Shown here: positions 48,318 through 58,700 of the stretch, piece after piece
Position numbering within the stretch: position 1 is the first letter of the stretch
Layout: every line of letters starts with the position of its first letter
From: Geobacter sp.
GTDB taxonomy: Bacteria > Desulfobacterota > Desulfuromonadia > Geobacterales > DSM-12255
Direction: 5' to 3'
Assembly (NCBI GenBank): GCA_009684525.1
Contig: WKKR01000008.1
Location: 23,386-87,385, forward strand
Length of the DNA: 64,000 nt
Made by a program: the position numbers and the translations under genes
The notes under the pieces: generated by a model
Told to the model about the DNA's origin: nothing
Seen by the model: the letters and a program-made list of their open reading frames with translations, nothing else
Database searches by the model: none

Positions 48318-49682
48318 ATGAACCGGGTATGCAACCACATCCCACGTCTGCTGAAACTCGCAGGCCCCATGATCCTTTCCTCCTCGGCGATCACGATCAT
48401 GCAGATCATCGATGCCATTGTGCTGTCGCGGCATTCCAGCGAGGCGGTTGCGGCGATCGGGCCTGCCGGCCTGGCGGTGATCCTGTTCCAGGGGGTTCTG
48501 TTCGGGACTGCCGGCTATGCGGGCACGTTTGTGGCGCACAACCACGGCCGAGGAGACAAACGGGGCGTCCGGAGATCCGCCTGGCTCGGCATCCAAACCG
48601 CGCTGATTTCCGGGATCGTGGCCCTTGCGGTCGCGTGGCCGATTTCGCAACTGTTCCAGCTGGCAGGACACGAACCGCTAGTCGCCCATGACGAACGGCT
48701 CTATTTCCAGATATGTATGGCCGGCTCGTTTTTCCCGGTTTTTGGCTCAGCCTTGGCAGGCTGGCTTTCGGGGATTGGCAGACCCGTCCTTGTCACGGGG
48801 GTGACCTTCATCTCGTTTGTGGTCAATGCGCTGTTGGCCTGGGGACTGGTCCTGGGGGAATGGGGGCTGCCGCGCATGGGAATCGCCGGGGCAGCGCTGG
48901 CGACCGTTGCCGCGCAGACGGTGGCAGCAATCCTCTGTGCGCTCCTGTTCGCGCGGGCTGGTGGATTTTCCGACTCCATTGCCCGTCGGTTCGAGTGGGC
49001 GGAGTTCCGCCGTTTCCTGTCGCTTGCCGCGCCGTTCGGGCTGCGGATCAGCGGGGAACTGCTGGCATGGACGCTGTTTCTGGTGGTGGTGGGGAGGTTG
49101 GGAACCGTAGAGCTGGCTGCATCCAGCATCGCCTTCCGGATCAACGGCGCGGCATTCTTCCCGGCTCTCGGGCTCGGTCAGGCAGCGGGGATTCTGGTGG
49201 GACACGCTCGCGGCGCCGGCAGGGACGACGACATCCCGGCCATTGCCTGGCAGGCGCTGGCGGTCTGCGAGATCTGGATGCTGACGATGGCGATCCTGTT
49301 CGCGACCGCTTCGGTGCCCCTGGTGACGGTATTTGCGGGCAATGGCCCTGAAAGCGCGCGGATCGTCGAGACCGGGGCACTGATTCTGAAATTCGTGGCC
49401 TTCTATTGCATATTCGATGCGGCGAATGTTATGATCGGCTGCGTCCTGGCTTCAGCAGGAGATACCCATTGGATCGCCCGCGCCTTCATTGCCTGTTCCG
49501 GCGTATTTCTCGGCCTGCTCTGGCTGATCGATCGGGTGATGCCCGGCCTGATGGCGGAATGGTCGCTTGCCACGCTTTTCGTCTTCGCCACAGCGGTGAT
49601 CTGGTCGCTCCGCTTTCATGCCGGCAGATGGAGAAAGGTGCAACTGCTGCGAAAATCGGAGATCGCTGAAATCCGCACGTAA
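48318..49682 (+). CDS. MATE family efflux transporter
   Basis: LLKLAGP, G.GRP, VNALL...LVLG.WGLPRMGIAGAALAT, ELAASSI; about 12 TM segments. Confidence 0.88.
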   Translation: MNRVCNHIPRLLKLAGPMILSSSAITIMQIIDAIVLSRHSSEAVAAIGPAGLAVILFQGVLFGTAGYAGTFVAHNHGRGDKRGVRRSAWLGIQTALISGIVALAVAWPISQLFQLAGHEPLVAHDERLYFQICMAGSFFPVFGSALAGWLSGIGRPVLVTGVTFISFVVNALLAWGLVLGEWGLPRMGIAGAALATVAAQTVAAILCALLFARAGGFSDSIARRFEWAEFRRFLSLAAPFGLRISGELLAWTLFLVVVGRLGTVELAASSIAFRINGAAFFPALGLGQAAGILVGHARGAGRDDDIPAIAWQALAVCEIWMLTMAILFATASVPLVTVFAGNGPESARIVETGALILKFVAFYCIFDAANVMIGCVLASAGDTHWIARAFIACSGVFLGLLWLIDRVMPGLMAEWSLATLFVFATAVIWSLRFHAGRWRKVQLLRKSEIAEIRT

Positions 49683-49712
49683 ATCAGGTCCGGATCGGCC
49701 GGGGCATGCAGT

Positions 49713-50468
49713 TCACTCCACCCGGCCCACCTTAAGCGCCAACGGCCAGCGCACGGTCCGCTTGACCGTACCATCCCCCCAGGCCGTTTCCAGTTCCTTC
49801 CTGACCAGCTCCAGCGGATCGGTCCCATGTGCATGGATGAAGCCGCGCACGGCGGACCAGGTGCCGAGATAACCCATCAGGCGATTGAGGGTCCAGTGAT
49901 CTTTCATGGTCAGCGCCGGCGGATCGAGCAGAGGGAAGGGGAAGGGGAGATCCGCGTACCCGCTGTCCACGTGGTGGCGCTCCGGCGGCCAGAAGGGACC
50001 GACGATCTCGCTGTGGAGCGAGCGGATGACCCGGTCGATCCCCGGCGAGATCTCCAGCAGGCCGTAGCTTATGGCGGCAATGACCCCGTTGGGGCGCAGG
50101 ACGCGTCGCACTTCGCCATAGAAGAGGTCGAGGTCGAACCAGTGCATAGCCTGGGCAGCGACCACCAGGTCGGCGCACCGGTCGGCCAGCGGGGCAGCTT
50201 CTGACAGCGCTGCCAGATAGGTGATGCGGGGATTGAGCTGGGCCTGGAGCAACTGGGGGATGCTCTGGTCGGTGGCGACGACCCTGTCGAACCAGCCGGC
50301 CAGCCCGCTGGTGAACTGGCCGCTGCCGCAGCCGCAGTCCCATGCCAGGGCGCGGCCCGGCGACCGCGATGCCAGGAAGCCGATGAGCGCGGGCGGATAG
50401 ACCGGCCGGAACGCATGATAGGCCGCGGCCTGTTCGGAAAAATGGTTGGTGCTGTGGATGGGTGTCAT
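49713..50468 (-). CDS. Class I SAM-dependent methyltransferase
   Basis: FRPVYP, AWDCGCGSGQ, DLVVAAQAMHWFD. Confidence 0.9.
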   Translation of the reverse strand: MTPIHSTNHFSEQAAAYHAFRPVYPPALIGFLASRSPGRALAWDCGCGSGQFTSGLAGWFDRVVATDQSIPQLLQAQLNPRITYLAALSEAAPLADRCADLVVAAQAMHWFDLDLFYGEVRRVLRPNGVIAAISYGLLEISPGIDRVIRSLHSEIVGPFWPPERHHVDSGYADLPFPFPLLDPPALTMKDHWTLNRLMGYLGTWSAVRGFIHAHGTDPLELVRKELETAWGDGTVKRTVRWPLALKVGRVE

Positions 50469-50523
50469 GGCCGGTGAGAGGTGTGTGAAGGGTCCCGGTT
50501 GCTGCCGGGACCCTTCGCCTTGG

Positions 50524-51771
50524 CTAGTGTTTGTACGTCTTGGCGCTGTGGCAGGTCATCTTGCAGCTGCCTCCCCTGATGTCCGGAGTAAAGTTGAGCA
50601 TGATCGTCATGTTGTCCTTGCCGATGACGGACTCGGGGAACAGCTTGGCCTGCGGCGAGGCGTGGGGGTTGTGGCACATGCGACAGGTGACATTGGCCCC
50701 CTTGACGTGCAGGGCATGCAGGTTGGTCTTGCCGTCGCGGAAGCGCGTGTCTGTGTTGTTTTCTTCCTGGGTGTAGGCTGCCTTGTCATGGCAACTGATG
50801 CAGAGGGCATAGGTCGTGTCGGTATATGGTGCCTCCGGTACCATGGCATATGGCATTTTCAGGAGCTTGCCGGTATCGGCGCCATGCACGTCGTGGCAGA
50901 CGTCGCATTCGCAGGCTCTGACCGGCATGTGTACCGAGACCCCTTGGGCGATCTTGGGATCGTGGCATTCGAGGCACATCGGTTTTGTCTTGAATTTCAG
51001 CAGGCTCCTCGTGTCGGACTGGTGCGGCAGGTGACAGTCCGAACAGCGGCCTGCGATGACCGGTTCGTGGGTTGAAGGCTTCTGGTAGTTTTTCTTGTCG
51101 TGACAGAGGAAGCAGAGCTCCGTGGGGGAAGCCTTCAGCAGCTTTTTATGGTCGGAGCCATGCACGTTGTGGCAGCCGGAACAGTCTTTATCGAAGACCG
51201 GCACGTGGACCGATTTCCCCTTGGAGATGCCGCTGTCGTGGCATTCATAGCAGATGAGCTCCTTGGTCGGCTTGATAAGGTTGGCAACCGTCGACTGGTG
51301 CGGGACGTGGCAGTCGGTGCATCTCCCCGCGGCAACCGGCTCATGGGGGACCGGTTTGGTGAACATCTGCCGCTCGTGGCACTTGAAGCAGAAGTCGGCC
51401 GGGGCTGCGCGGAGCAGTTTTTTGTAGGGGGAGACGTGCGGGGCATGGCATCCGCTGCAATCATTGTTCTTGATCGGCCCGTGAACGCTCTTCTGCTCGT
51501 TGAGAGGATCGTGGCAGTCGTAGCAGAGGGCAGCGCCCGGCTTCTTGACCCCGTTCAACTCCTTGTTCGTCTGGTGCGCGTTGCCGCCCGATTTGTGGCA
51601 GGCAACACAGTCCTTGTCAGCCACCGGGGCATGAACATAGGTGCCGATAATCTTGCTTTTGTGGCACATATAGCACGGCTTGTCCGCGCCGGTGCCCATG
51701 GCCGGGAGCAGGAAGACGCAGAACATCAGCACAACGGCTCTGATCGCAGTTTGAGGAGCTTTCATCAGCAT
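50524..51771 (-). CDS. Periplasmic multiheme cytochrome c (paired-CxxCH type; 14 CxxCH + 1 Cx3CH)
   Basis: Signal peptide; repeated H.PV..G.C..CH.PH.S....LL......C..CH units; terminal CKMTCH. Confidence 0.92.
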   Translation of the reverse strand: MLMKAPQTAIRAVVLMFCVFLLPAMGTGADKPCYMCHKSKIIGTYVHAPVADKDCVACHKSGGNAHQTNKELNGVKKPGAALCYDCHDPLNEQKSVHGPIKNNDCSGCHAPHVSPYKKLLRAAPADFCFKCHERQMFTKPVPHEPVAAGRCTDCHVPHQSTVANLIKPTKELICYECHDSGISKGKSVHVPVFDKDCSGCHNVHGSDHKKLLKASPTELCFLCHDKKNYQKPSTHEPVIAGRCSDCHLPHQSDTRSLLKFKTKPMCLECHDPKIAQGVSVHMPVRACECDVCHDVHGADTGKLLKMPYAMVPEAPYTDTTYALCISCHDKAAYTQEENNTDTRFRDGKTNLHALHVKGANVTCRMCHNPHASPQAKLFPESVIGKDNMTIMLNFTPDIRGGSCKMTCHSAKTYKH

Positions 51772-51908
51772 ATCACTTTCCTTTCTTGCAGTGATGAATC
51801 ATAATTATAGAGTATCAACCGTGTTTTGCCACAAGCCAATGATATTTTCCCAATCATTACGATTTAATGCTGACGGTGCGCGGCTTAGAATACACTAAAG
51901 GAGAGACT

Positions 51909-53108
51909 ATGACAACGGACAACAATGAGAATTTGCATGGAGAAGAGGAAGATTTTGCCGCGCTGCTGGCAGGAAGCGAGCGGGCACTGACCCGCTTCGC
52001 CCCCGGACAGAAGATTGCGGCCCTGGTGATCAAGGTCAGCAACGACTGGATCTTCATCGATACCGGCACCAAGGGGGAAGGGGTCCTGGACCGGAAAGAG
52101 TTCCTGGCTGACGACGGTTCGCTGACCATTGCCGAGGGGGATACGGTCACTGCCTGGTTCGTGGGGAGCCAGCATGGCGAGATGCGCTTCACCACACGGC
52201 TCGACGGTTCGGCCGGCGGCAGCGGCCAGCTTGAGGATGCCTGGCGGGGGGGGATCCCGGTGCAGGGCCTGGTGGAAAAAGAGATCAAGGGGGGCTTCGA
52301 GGTCAAGATCGGCGGCAGTCACCGCGCCTTCTGCCCGTTTTCGCAGACAGGACTCAGACGCGACGAAGGAGCGGAACAGTTTATCGGCAGCCACCACCAG
52401 TTCCGCATAACCGAGTACCGTGAGAACGGGCGCAGCATCGTTGTTTCCCGCAGGGTATTGCTCGAAGAGGAGCGCCAGGCAAAGCGCGAGGCTGCATGGG
52501 ATACTATCCGGGAAGGGGAGGTGATGAGCGGCACCGTGGCCTCTCTCCGTGATTTCGGAGCCTTTGTCGACCTCGGCGGCATAGAGGGGTTGATCCCGAT
52601 GTCGGAACTGGGGTGGAAGCGGGTAAAGGATGCCGCAGAGGTGCTCAGTGCCGGCCAGCAGGTGAAGGTGCTGGTAAAGAAGGTCGATCGTGAAGCCGGC
52701 AAGATATCTCTCAGCCTGCGCGACACCCTGGCCGATCCCTGGGAGACGGCGTCGGCACGGTTCGTTGAAGGGACATATGTCGCGGGTGTCGTATCCCGTT
52801 TGGCGAATTTCGGCGCTTTTGTCACCCTGGCGGACGGGATCGACGGCCTTGTTCCGATCTCGCGTCTTGGCGGCGGCAAACGGATCAATCATCCGCGCGA
52901 GGTGCTCAAGGAAGGGGAACCGATAGAGGTGAAGGTGGAGAGCGTTGATCGTGCTGCCCGCAGGATATCCCTGTCGCTCGGGGCTTTAGGTCGGGCGGCG
53001 GAAGAGGAGGAGAGCGATCTTGCCTCATTCCGGCAGCAGGCGGCAGAGGGGTCGTCGAAATCCCTCGGTTCGCTGGGAGAGCTGCTCAAGGCCAAGCTGA
53101 AAAAGTAG
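51909..53108 (+). CDS. Short ribosomal protein S1 paralog (four S1 domains)
   Basis: EEDFAALL, IDTGTKGEG, DFGAFVDLGGIEGLI, NFGAFV; ends SLGELLKAKLKK. Confidence 0.85.
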   Translation: MTTDNNENLHGEEEDFAALLAGSERALTRFAPGQKIAALVIKVSNDWIFIDTGTKGEGVLDRKEFLADDGSLTIAEGDTVTAWFVGSQHGEMRFTTRLDGSAGGSGQLEDAWRGGIPVQGLVEKEIKGGFEVKIGGSHRAFCPFSQTGLRRDEGAEQFIGSHHQFRITEYRENGRSIVVSRRVLLEEERQAKREAAWDTIREGEVMSGTVASLRDFGAFVDLGGIEGLIPMSELGWKRVKDAAEVLSAGQQVKVLVKKVDREAGKISLSLRDTLADPWETASARFVEGTYVAGVVSRLANFGAFVTLADGIDGLVPISRLGGGKRINHPREVLKEGEPIEVKVESVDRAARRISLSLGALGRAAEEEESDLASFRQQAAEGSSKSLGSLGELLKAKLKK

Positions 53109-53130
53109 AGGCGGTTTCCCGGTTCAGAGG

Positions 53131-54084
53131 CTACAGATAGGTGCGGAGCATCAGTTCGGTCGGGTGGGGCTCCAGGTAGAGCTGCCCCTTGAGGTAGGTC
53201 TGTCCGTACCGGGCTACATAGTGGCGCAGGAGCACCAGCGGCACCACCAGCGGCACGAGCCGCTCATGGTACTGCCGGATAACCTCCAGGAGCTCTCCCT
53301 TTTCCCAGGGGGAGAGCTCCTTCTTGAAGTAGCCCATAATGTGCTGGAGCACGTTGACGTTCTTGGCCACGGTGGCGTGCAGCGACATCCCTTTCATCAG
53401 CAGTTCCTCGTAGCGGTCGAACAGTTCTTCCCGCTCCATCCCTTTGCCCGTTGCCACCAGCTGTCCCATCTGCCGGTAGATTTCCGGGCTGTGGGCCATC
53501 ATCAGCAGCTTGTGGCCGGTATGAAAGGCCACCAGCTCTCCCAGGTCGCGCGGTGACCGGCGGAACTCCTGCCAGCGGTGCATGGCAAAGACCCGCTCCA
53601 GGAAGTTCTCCCTGAGCACCGGGTCGGCCAAGCGTCCCTCCTCCTCCACCGGCAGCAGGGGGAATCGTGCCGTAACCGCTGCGGCAAAGAGCCCCTGTCC
53701 GCTTCTGGCGGGCATCCCCGCATTGTAGACCTTGACCCGGAACAGGCCCGAACTCGGCGAGCCTTTCTTGAAGATGAAACCGCACAGATTTTCGCCCGCC
53801 AACTCCGCCACTTTTCTCTGGCAGAACGTTTCCATCTGCTGCGTCAGGTCGCGCCGGCTCCGGATCGCCACCAGACGGGGCGCTGCGGGGTCACCTTCCA
53901 GGTGCATCGCCTCACGCGGGACCGGCAGCCCACACTCCACTTCAGGGCAGACCGGGACAAACCGGAAGAACCTTCCCAGGGTGTCGGTGAGGTAGCGGTC
54001 GTGCTTGTGGCCGCCGTCGTAGCGGACCTTTTCCCCCAGGAGGCAGCTGCTGATGCCGACGGCAATGGGTGCGAGTGCGCTCAT
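53131..54084 (-). CDS. YbgA family protein (DUF523 + DUF1722)
   Basis: GISSCLLGEKVRYDGGHK, VCPEVECGL, KGSPSSG, FHTGHK, NVLQHIMGYFK. Confidence 0.92.
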   Translation of the reverse strand: MSALAPIAVGISSCLLGEKVRYDGGHKHDRYLTDTLGRFFRFVPVCPEVECGLPVPREAMHLEGDPAAPRLVAIRSRRDLTQQMETFCQRKVAELAGENLCGFIFKKGSPSSGLFRVKVYNAGMPARSGQGLFAAAVTARFPLLPVEEEGRLADPVLRENFLERVFAMHRWQEFRRSPRDLGELVAFHTGHKLLMMAHSPEIYRQMGQLVATGKGMEREELFDRYEELLMKGMSLHATVAKNVNVLQHIMGYFKKELSPWEKGELLEVIRQYHERLVPLVVPLVLLRHYVARYGQTYLKGQLYLEPHPTELMLRTYL

Positions 54085-54575
54085 TCCCGCACAAAGGTGT
54101 CCATGTCGGACTCGTCGACCATCTTCATGATCCGGGCATACTCCGCCTCGATCATCAGGTAATGGTTGTGGGTTTCCCGAGCGTTCAGCTCGAAGATCTC
54201 CCGTACCGCCGGTTCCTTGATCCTGGCCGCGGTTTCCCGCAGGCTCTTCTCCAGGGTCTGTTCGTTGGACATGGCGAGTTCCAGGGCCTTCTGCTCGTTG
54301 ACCTCCTGGCCCAGGAGCTTGTCGAGGGCCGCGAGCCAGCCTGCCCGGTTGTCCGGCTCCATGTCCATGAATGCGGCAAACGAGGGGATGTCGGTCCCGG
54401 TGTAGATCTTGTAAAACATCTCGGCATGGCCGCGCTCTTCGCCTGCCAGGACCGTGAAGACCCGTCGTGCCTCGGCATCCTTCATCTGGCCGGCGCCGAG
54501 CTGGTAGAACTGCATGGCACTCCGCTCGGTCTGCAGCGACCTTCGGACCGCTTCCTGGATATCGCTATCGTTCAT
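54081..54575 (-). CDS. Ferritin-like / rubrerythrin-domain protein
   Basis: E..A..FY...EE..H and E...E..Y...ET..H paired di-iron motifs. Confidence 0.85.
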   Translation of the reverse strand: MNDSDIQEAVRRSLQTERSAMQFYQLGAGQMKDAEARRVFTVLAGEERGHAEMFYKIYTGTDIPSFAAFMDMEPDNRAGWLAALDKLLGQEVNEQKALELAMSNEQTLEKSLRETAARIKEPAVREIFELNARETHNHYLMIEAEYARIMKMVDESDMDTFVRE

Positions 54576-54674
54576 GACATGCTCCTTTCGTGGAAACGTA
54601 CCTCTGTGTCCTTTCCTAATACAGTAGCCGAAATTGCCGTGGAGTCAATTGCTTCCGCTGGCAAGCATCTCCGT

Positions 54675-54704
54675 TTGACAAGGAGGTGCCGTCTGCCTTA
54701 TAAC
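54675..54704 (+). promoter_or_regulatory. Candidate sigma70 promoter
   Basis: TTGACA-N18-TATAAC upstream of 54772. Confidence 0.55.
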
Positions 54705-54771
54705 TTAATGAAGAGCTTTCCCAGTTCGTACGGTCGGACCTGACCGGTCCGCCGAAACCCAAGGAGATTGT

Positions 54772-55572
54772 ATGAAGCGTATTGCCTCGATGATTGCCCT
54801 TTCACTAACCCTTGTGCCCCTTGCCGCATACGGCTTTGGCTCCATGGCCCCGCCGGTGCAGGGTGCCATGTCCAGTGCCGCTCATGCCCAACCGGTTGCC
54901 CAGCCTGCTCCCCCCGCCATGAGTGGCAACATTACCGGCCATGTGGTGCAGACCATCGACAGCGGCGGTTACACCTATGTACTGCTGAAAAAGGCCGACG
55001 GCACCAAGCTCTGGGTGGCAGCTCCCGAGCTGAAGGCCGCTGTGGGAGAACAGGTTACCTTTGGCGGCGGCATGGAGATGGTCAATTTCAAGAGCTCCAC
55101 CCTGAAGCGGACCTTTGACAAGGTGATCTTTTCCAACGGCCTGATCAAGGACGAGAAGGCGAAAGGAGCGAAGGGGAAGGAAGCCGCCACGGAATCGCAG
55201 TCGCCCGGCAGCCAGGGAGCGGCGGTGGCGGTTGCCGACGAGAAGATCAAGGTGAAGAAGGCCGCTGGCGCCAATGCCTACACCGTTGCCGAGATCTTCA
55301 AGAAAAAGGACAAGCTGAAGAACAAGCCGGTGGTCGTCAACGGCAAGGTGGTCAAGGTCTCCTCCGGCATCATGAACCGGAACTGGGTCCATATCCAGGA
55401 CGGGACCGGCAACCATGCGACCGGCAATAACGACCTGGTGATCACTTCCGACGCCATTCCGCTCGTGGGCGATATGGTCACCGTGTCCGGCAAGCTGGAG
55501 ACGAACAAGGATTTCGGCTCCGGTTACTTCTACAAGGTCATCATCGAGAAGGCAAAGATTACCACCAAATAG
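54772..55572 (+). CDS. Secreted NrfJ-related / OB-fold protein
   Basis: Signal peptide; G.VVQTIDSGGYTYV...W.A...VGE.V....M.NF.S.TL.RTFD.V.F resembles NrfJ (recalled); C-terminal OB-fold (GKVVK..GIMNRNWVHIQDG). Confidence 0.7.
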   Translation: MKRIASMIALSLTLVPLAAYGFGSMAPPVQGAMSSAAHAQPVAQPAPPAMSGNITGHVVQTIDSGGYTYVLLKKADGTKLWVAAPELKAAVGEQVTFGGGMEMVNFKSSTLKRTFDKVIFSNGLIKDEKAKGAKGKEAATESQSPGSQGAAVAVADEKIKVKKAAGANAYTVAEIFKKKDKLKNKPVVVNGKVVKVSSGIMNRNWVHIQDGTGNHATGNNDLVITSDAIPLVGDMVTVSGKLETNKDFGSGYFYKVIIEKAKITTK

Positions 55573-55597
55573 TCGTTCCATACATCTGTTGCTCGTC

Positions 55598-55626
55598 AAA
55601 GCCCCCGGATATCGGGGGCTTTTTTT
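55598..55626 (+). terminator. Intrinsic terminator
   Basis: AAAGCCCCCG-GATAT-CGGGGGCTTT plus T tract. Confidence 0.9.
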
Positions 55627-55644
55627 GTAATTTGCCCCGCTTTG

Positions 55645-55660
55645 TGGAATATATTTTGCT
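55645..55660 (+). promoter_or_regulatory. Candidate sigma54 (-24/-12) promoter
   Basis: TGGAATATATTTTGCT: GG-N10-GC with TTGCT. Confidence 0.45.
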
Positions 55661-55748
55661 CTTTTAATGGCGCTGAATCTGTGCGTGTTTCGTATAATGA
55701 GGAATATGCAAGGATATCGGTCAAGTATGCAGTGCGTGAGGAGGCGTG

Positions 55749-58700
55749 ATGCAGGCCCTGTTCGGATACGTGCCGCGATTTACCATGATTTATACAGTGT
55801 TATTGCTATGTGTGGCAGGCCGGGCAGGTGCGATCGAATGTTATCAATGCCATGGTACGGCTTCCTCACGTGACATCCGCCCCCTCGATGCAACGGAACG
55901 GAGCGTCTCCACCGGCGGTTTCAGGGGCAACCACCGGAGTCATGTCGATCCCGGTTCTGATGCCGGTTCCTGTGTCAAATGCCACTCCGATGCCGCGGCC
56001 TATGGTCCCGGACACCGTAACGGTCAGATTGACCTCTCGGCCGACATCAATGCTTCTCCTGTAGTAGCCGTCTATCGTAACGGTTCTACGACATTCCCCC
56101 AGCGTGCCAATCCGAGGCTGGGGAGCTGTACGAATGTCAACTGCCATTTCGAGCGTGAGACGCCGGTCTGGGGCAGCCCGTCCCTGGCGGCTCCGAGCGG
56201 CTGCAGCCAGTGCCACGGCACACCGCCGGCCGGCGGCGGCAGCGGTGCGGCAGGAAGTCACGCAAAACATGCGGAGATCTTTCCCGGCACTGAGGGGTGT
56301 GCTGTCTGTCATGATGACCACCTTGCCGAGGTCAACCCCTTTGCCCATGCCACCAGCGCTGGCCGGCGCCCTCTGAGCCTGCGGCTCCCCGGCGGCAGCT
56401 ACAGCGGCAGCCTTGACGACTACCTGCCGAAAAGCGCCGACAATCAATTCGGCAGCTGCTCCGGGGTGTATTGTCACAGCGACGGCACCAATATCGTCAC
56501 CGGTACACTCTCCACCGGCACGCCGGTGTGGGGTGCTGCTGACGTTTGCGCCGCCTGCCACGGCAACCCGCCTGCCTATGCCAGCGGCTCGCCCAAGGCA
56601 AACAGCCACCAGAAACACCCCTTTGGCTGTAACCGCTGCCACACCGCTACCACCACCAATGGCACGGCCATTACCACAAAGGCCAATCACCGCAACGGCA
56701 GCTACGAGCTCTCCGGCCCCGCCGGCGAAGCGTTCTCCTATGGCGGCGTGCGGCAGTGCACCAACAGCTATTGCCACGGTAACGGGACCAACGTCGCCAC
56801 CGGCGCGGCAGCCAACGGCACCACGACCCCTTCCTGGGGGAGCGGAGCCGCGCTCAGCTGCGCTGCCTGCCATGCCTTCCCTCCTGCCTACGCCAAGGGG
56901 ACGCCCAAGGCCAACGCCCACCTGCTGCACAACTCCTACGGGTACACCTGCAGCCAATGCCATTATGCAACCACCCGCGATGGCGCCACCCTTGCCGACG
57001 CAAACACCGCTCACGCAAACCGTGCCTATGACGTCTCCGGCCCGCCGGGCAAGCCGGTGACCTACACCTATGGTGCCACAGGCGGCAGCTGTACCGCGTA
57101 TTGCCACAGCTCCGTCCAGGGAAAGTTGAATCCGGCCGATCCGCCGGTCTATGCCAGCCCCAAATGGAGCGACAGCTACATCCGCAGCTGCCGGAACTGC
57201 CACAAGGCCGGCTATCATGCCTATGACAGCTTCCTGATGGATACCGGCAGCCACTTCAAGCATCTGCAGTTCGACTCCACTTCTCATACCTGCCGGATGT
57301 GTCACTACACGGCCAGGTACGGCAGTGCCGGCAGCTGCTACGAATGCCACAATCCCAATACGACCTTCATCGGCTCGAATCCGCACTACGACACTTCGCC
57401 CCGTGGCCCGGAACATGCCAACGGTGTCGTTGACGTGGCGTTTCATCCCGATTTCCCGGCAGCCGGCGCCACCGGCAGCTATTCGGGCGACACCATGCCC
57501 GGCACGGCCTACGGGACATGCACCAATCTCTACTGTCACAGCCAGGGGACCAGGGCAACGCCTCCCTATGCTCCGGCCAATATCCCGACGGTCACCTGGG
57601 GTTCCGGTCCGCTGCCCGTGGACTGTTCCGGCTGCCATGGCGGCGACATCAACGCCTCCATACCGATGGCAACCCAGTCGCACGACAGGCATATCGGCTT
57701 CGATTGTGCCAAATGCCACGCCGGCACTGCCTACAACAGCCGGAGTGCCATCCCCAACAAGCCCTTGAGCGTGGAATACCAGATGTACTCAAAGGGGAGT
57801 TATCACGCCAACGGGAATGTGGAGGTCTGGTTCCTCAATACGACCACTGCCATCAACGGTACCTATGCCGGGCAGACCGTCACCATCAACCGGGTGCCCG
57901 GCACCACGCCGGGACGCTGCACCAATATCTACTGCCACTCCGACGGCACCGTTGTGGTTACCGGTGCGGTCTTTACCAACAACTCAACGCCACTCTGGGG
58001 GACGAGCGGGCGGCTCGATTGCGGTTCATGCCATGGCAACCCGCCCGCCTACCCGGACGGCGACCCAAAGGGGAATGCCCATCAGAAGCACAGCGCCGAC
58101 TGCAAGTCGTGCCATTATCAAACCACTGCCGACAACAGCACCATCAACGACAGGAAAAAGCACGCCCAGCATCGCTATGAGGTGAGCGGAGCGCCGGGGA
58201 TCACCCTGACGTACTCCTATGCCGCCAACGGCAGCAGTTGCTCCAATGTCAGCTGTCACAGTAGCGGCGGAGCCTCCCGCGACTGGGGAACCAGCTGCAT
58301 CCACTGTCACGGCATGCCGCCGGCCTATCCCAACTACAACCCGAAGGCCAACAGTCATCTGGGGAGCCACGCCGCGCTCGGCTGCCAGCATTGCCACTAC
58401 AGCGTCACCATTACCGGCAAGACGATCAGCGATACCTCGCTGCATAACAACGGGAAGTACACGATCGCACCCGGACCGGGTGTCGCCTTCACCAACAACA
58501 CCAGCAACACCAGGCGTTGCAGTAACGTCTCCTGTCACAGCGACGGCACGTCGGTTGCCACCGGCGCGCCCCACTCGGTGGGCATCTCGGACTGGGGGAA
58601 CACTGCCCTTTCCTGCTATGGCTGCCATCGGGACATGTACAACCTGGCAACCTTCGATTATCCCAACGGTTCTCCCAAGGCCAACAGCCACTACGCCCAC

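Noticed and set aside
50487-50516. Perfect 12-bp hairpin as intrinsic terminator of the 15-heme cytochrome gene
   Set aside because: No T tract follows on the minus strand; it may be a stabilising stem but I cannot call it a terminator.
55627-55748. GEMM-I (c-di-GMP / cGAMP) riboswitch upstream of the cytochromes, also checked at 60324-60549
   Set aside because: No GEMM-like P1/P2 stems or tetraloop-receptor motif recognisable.
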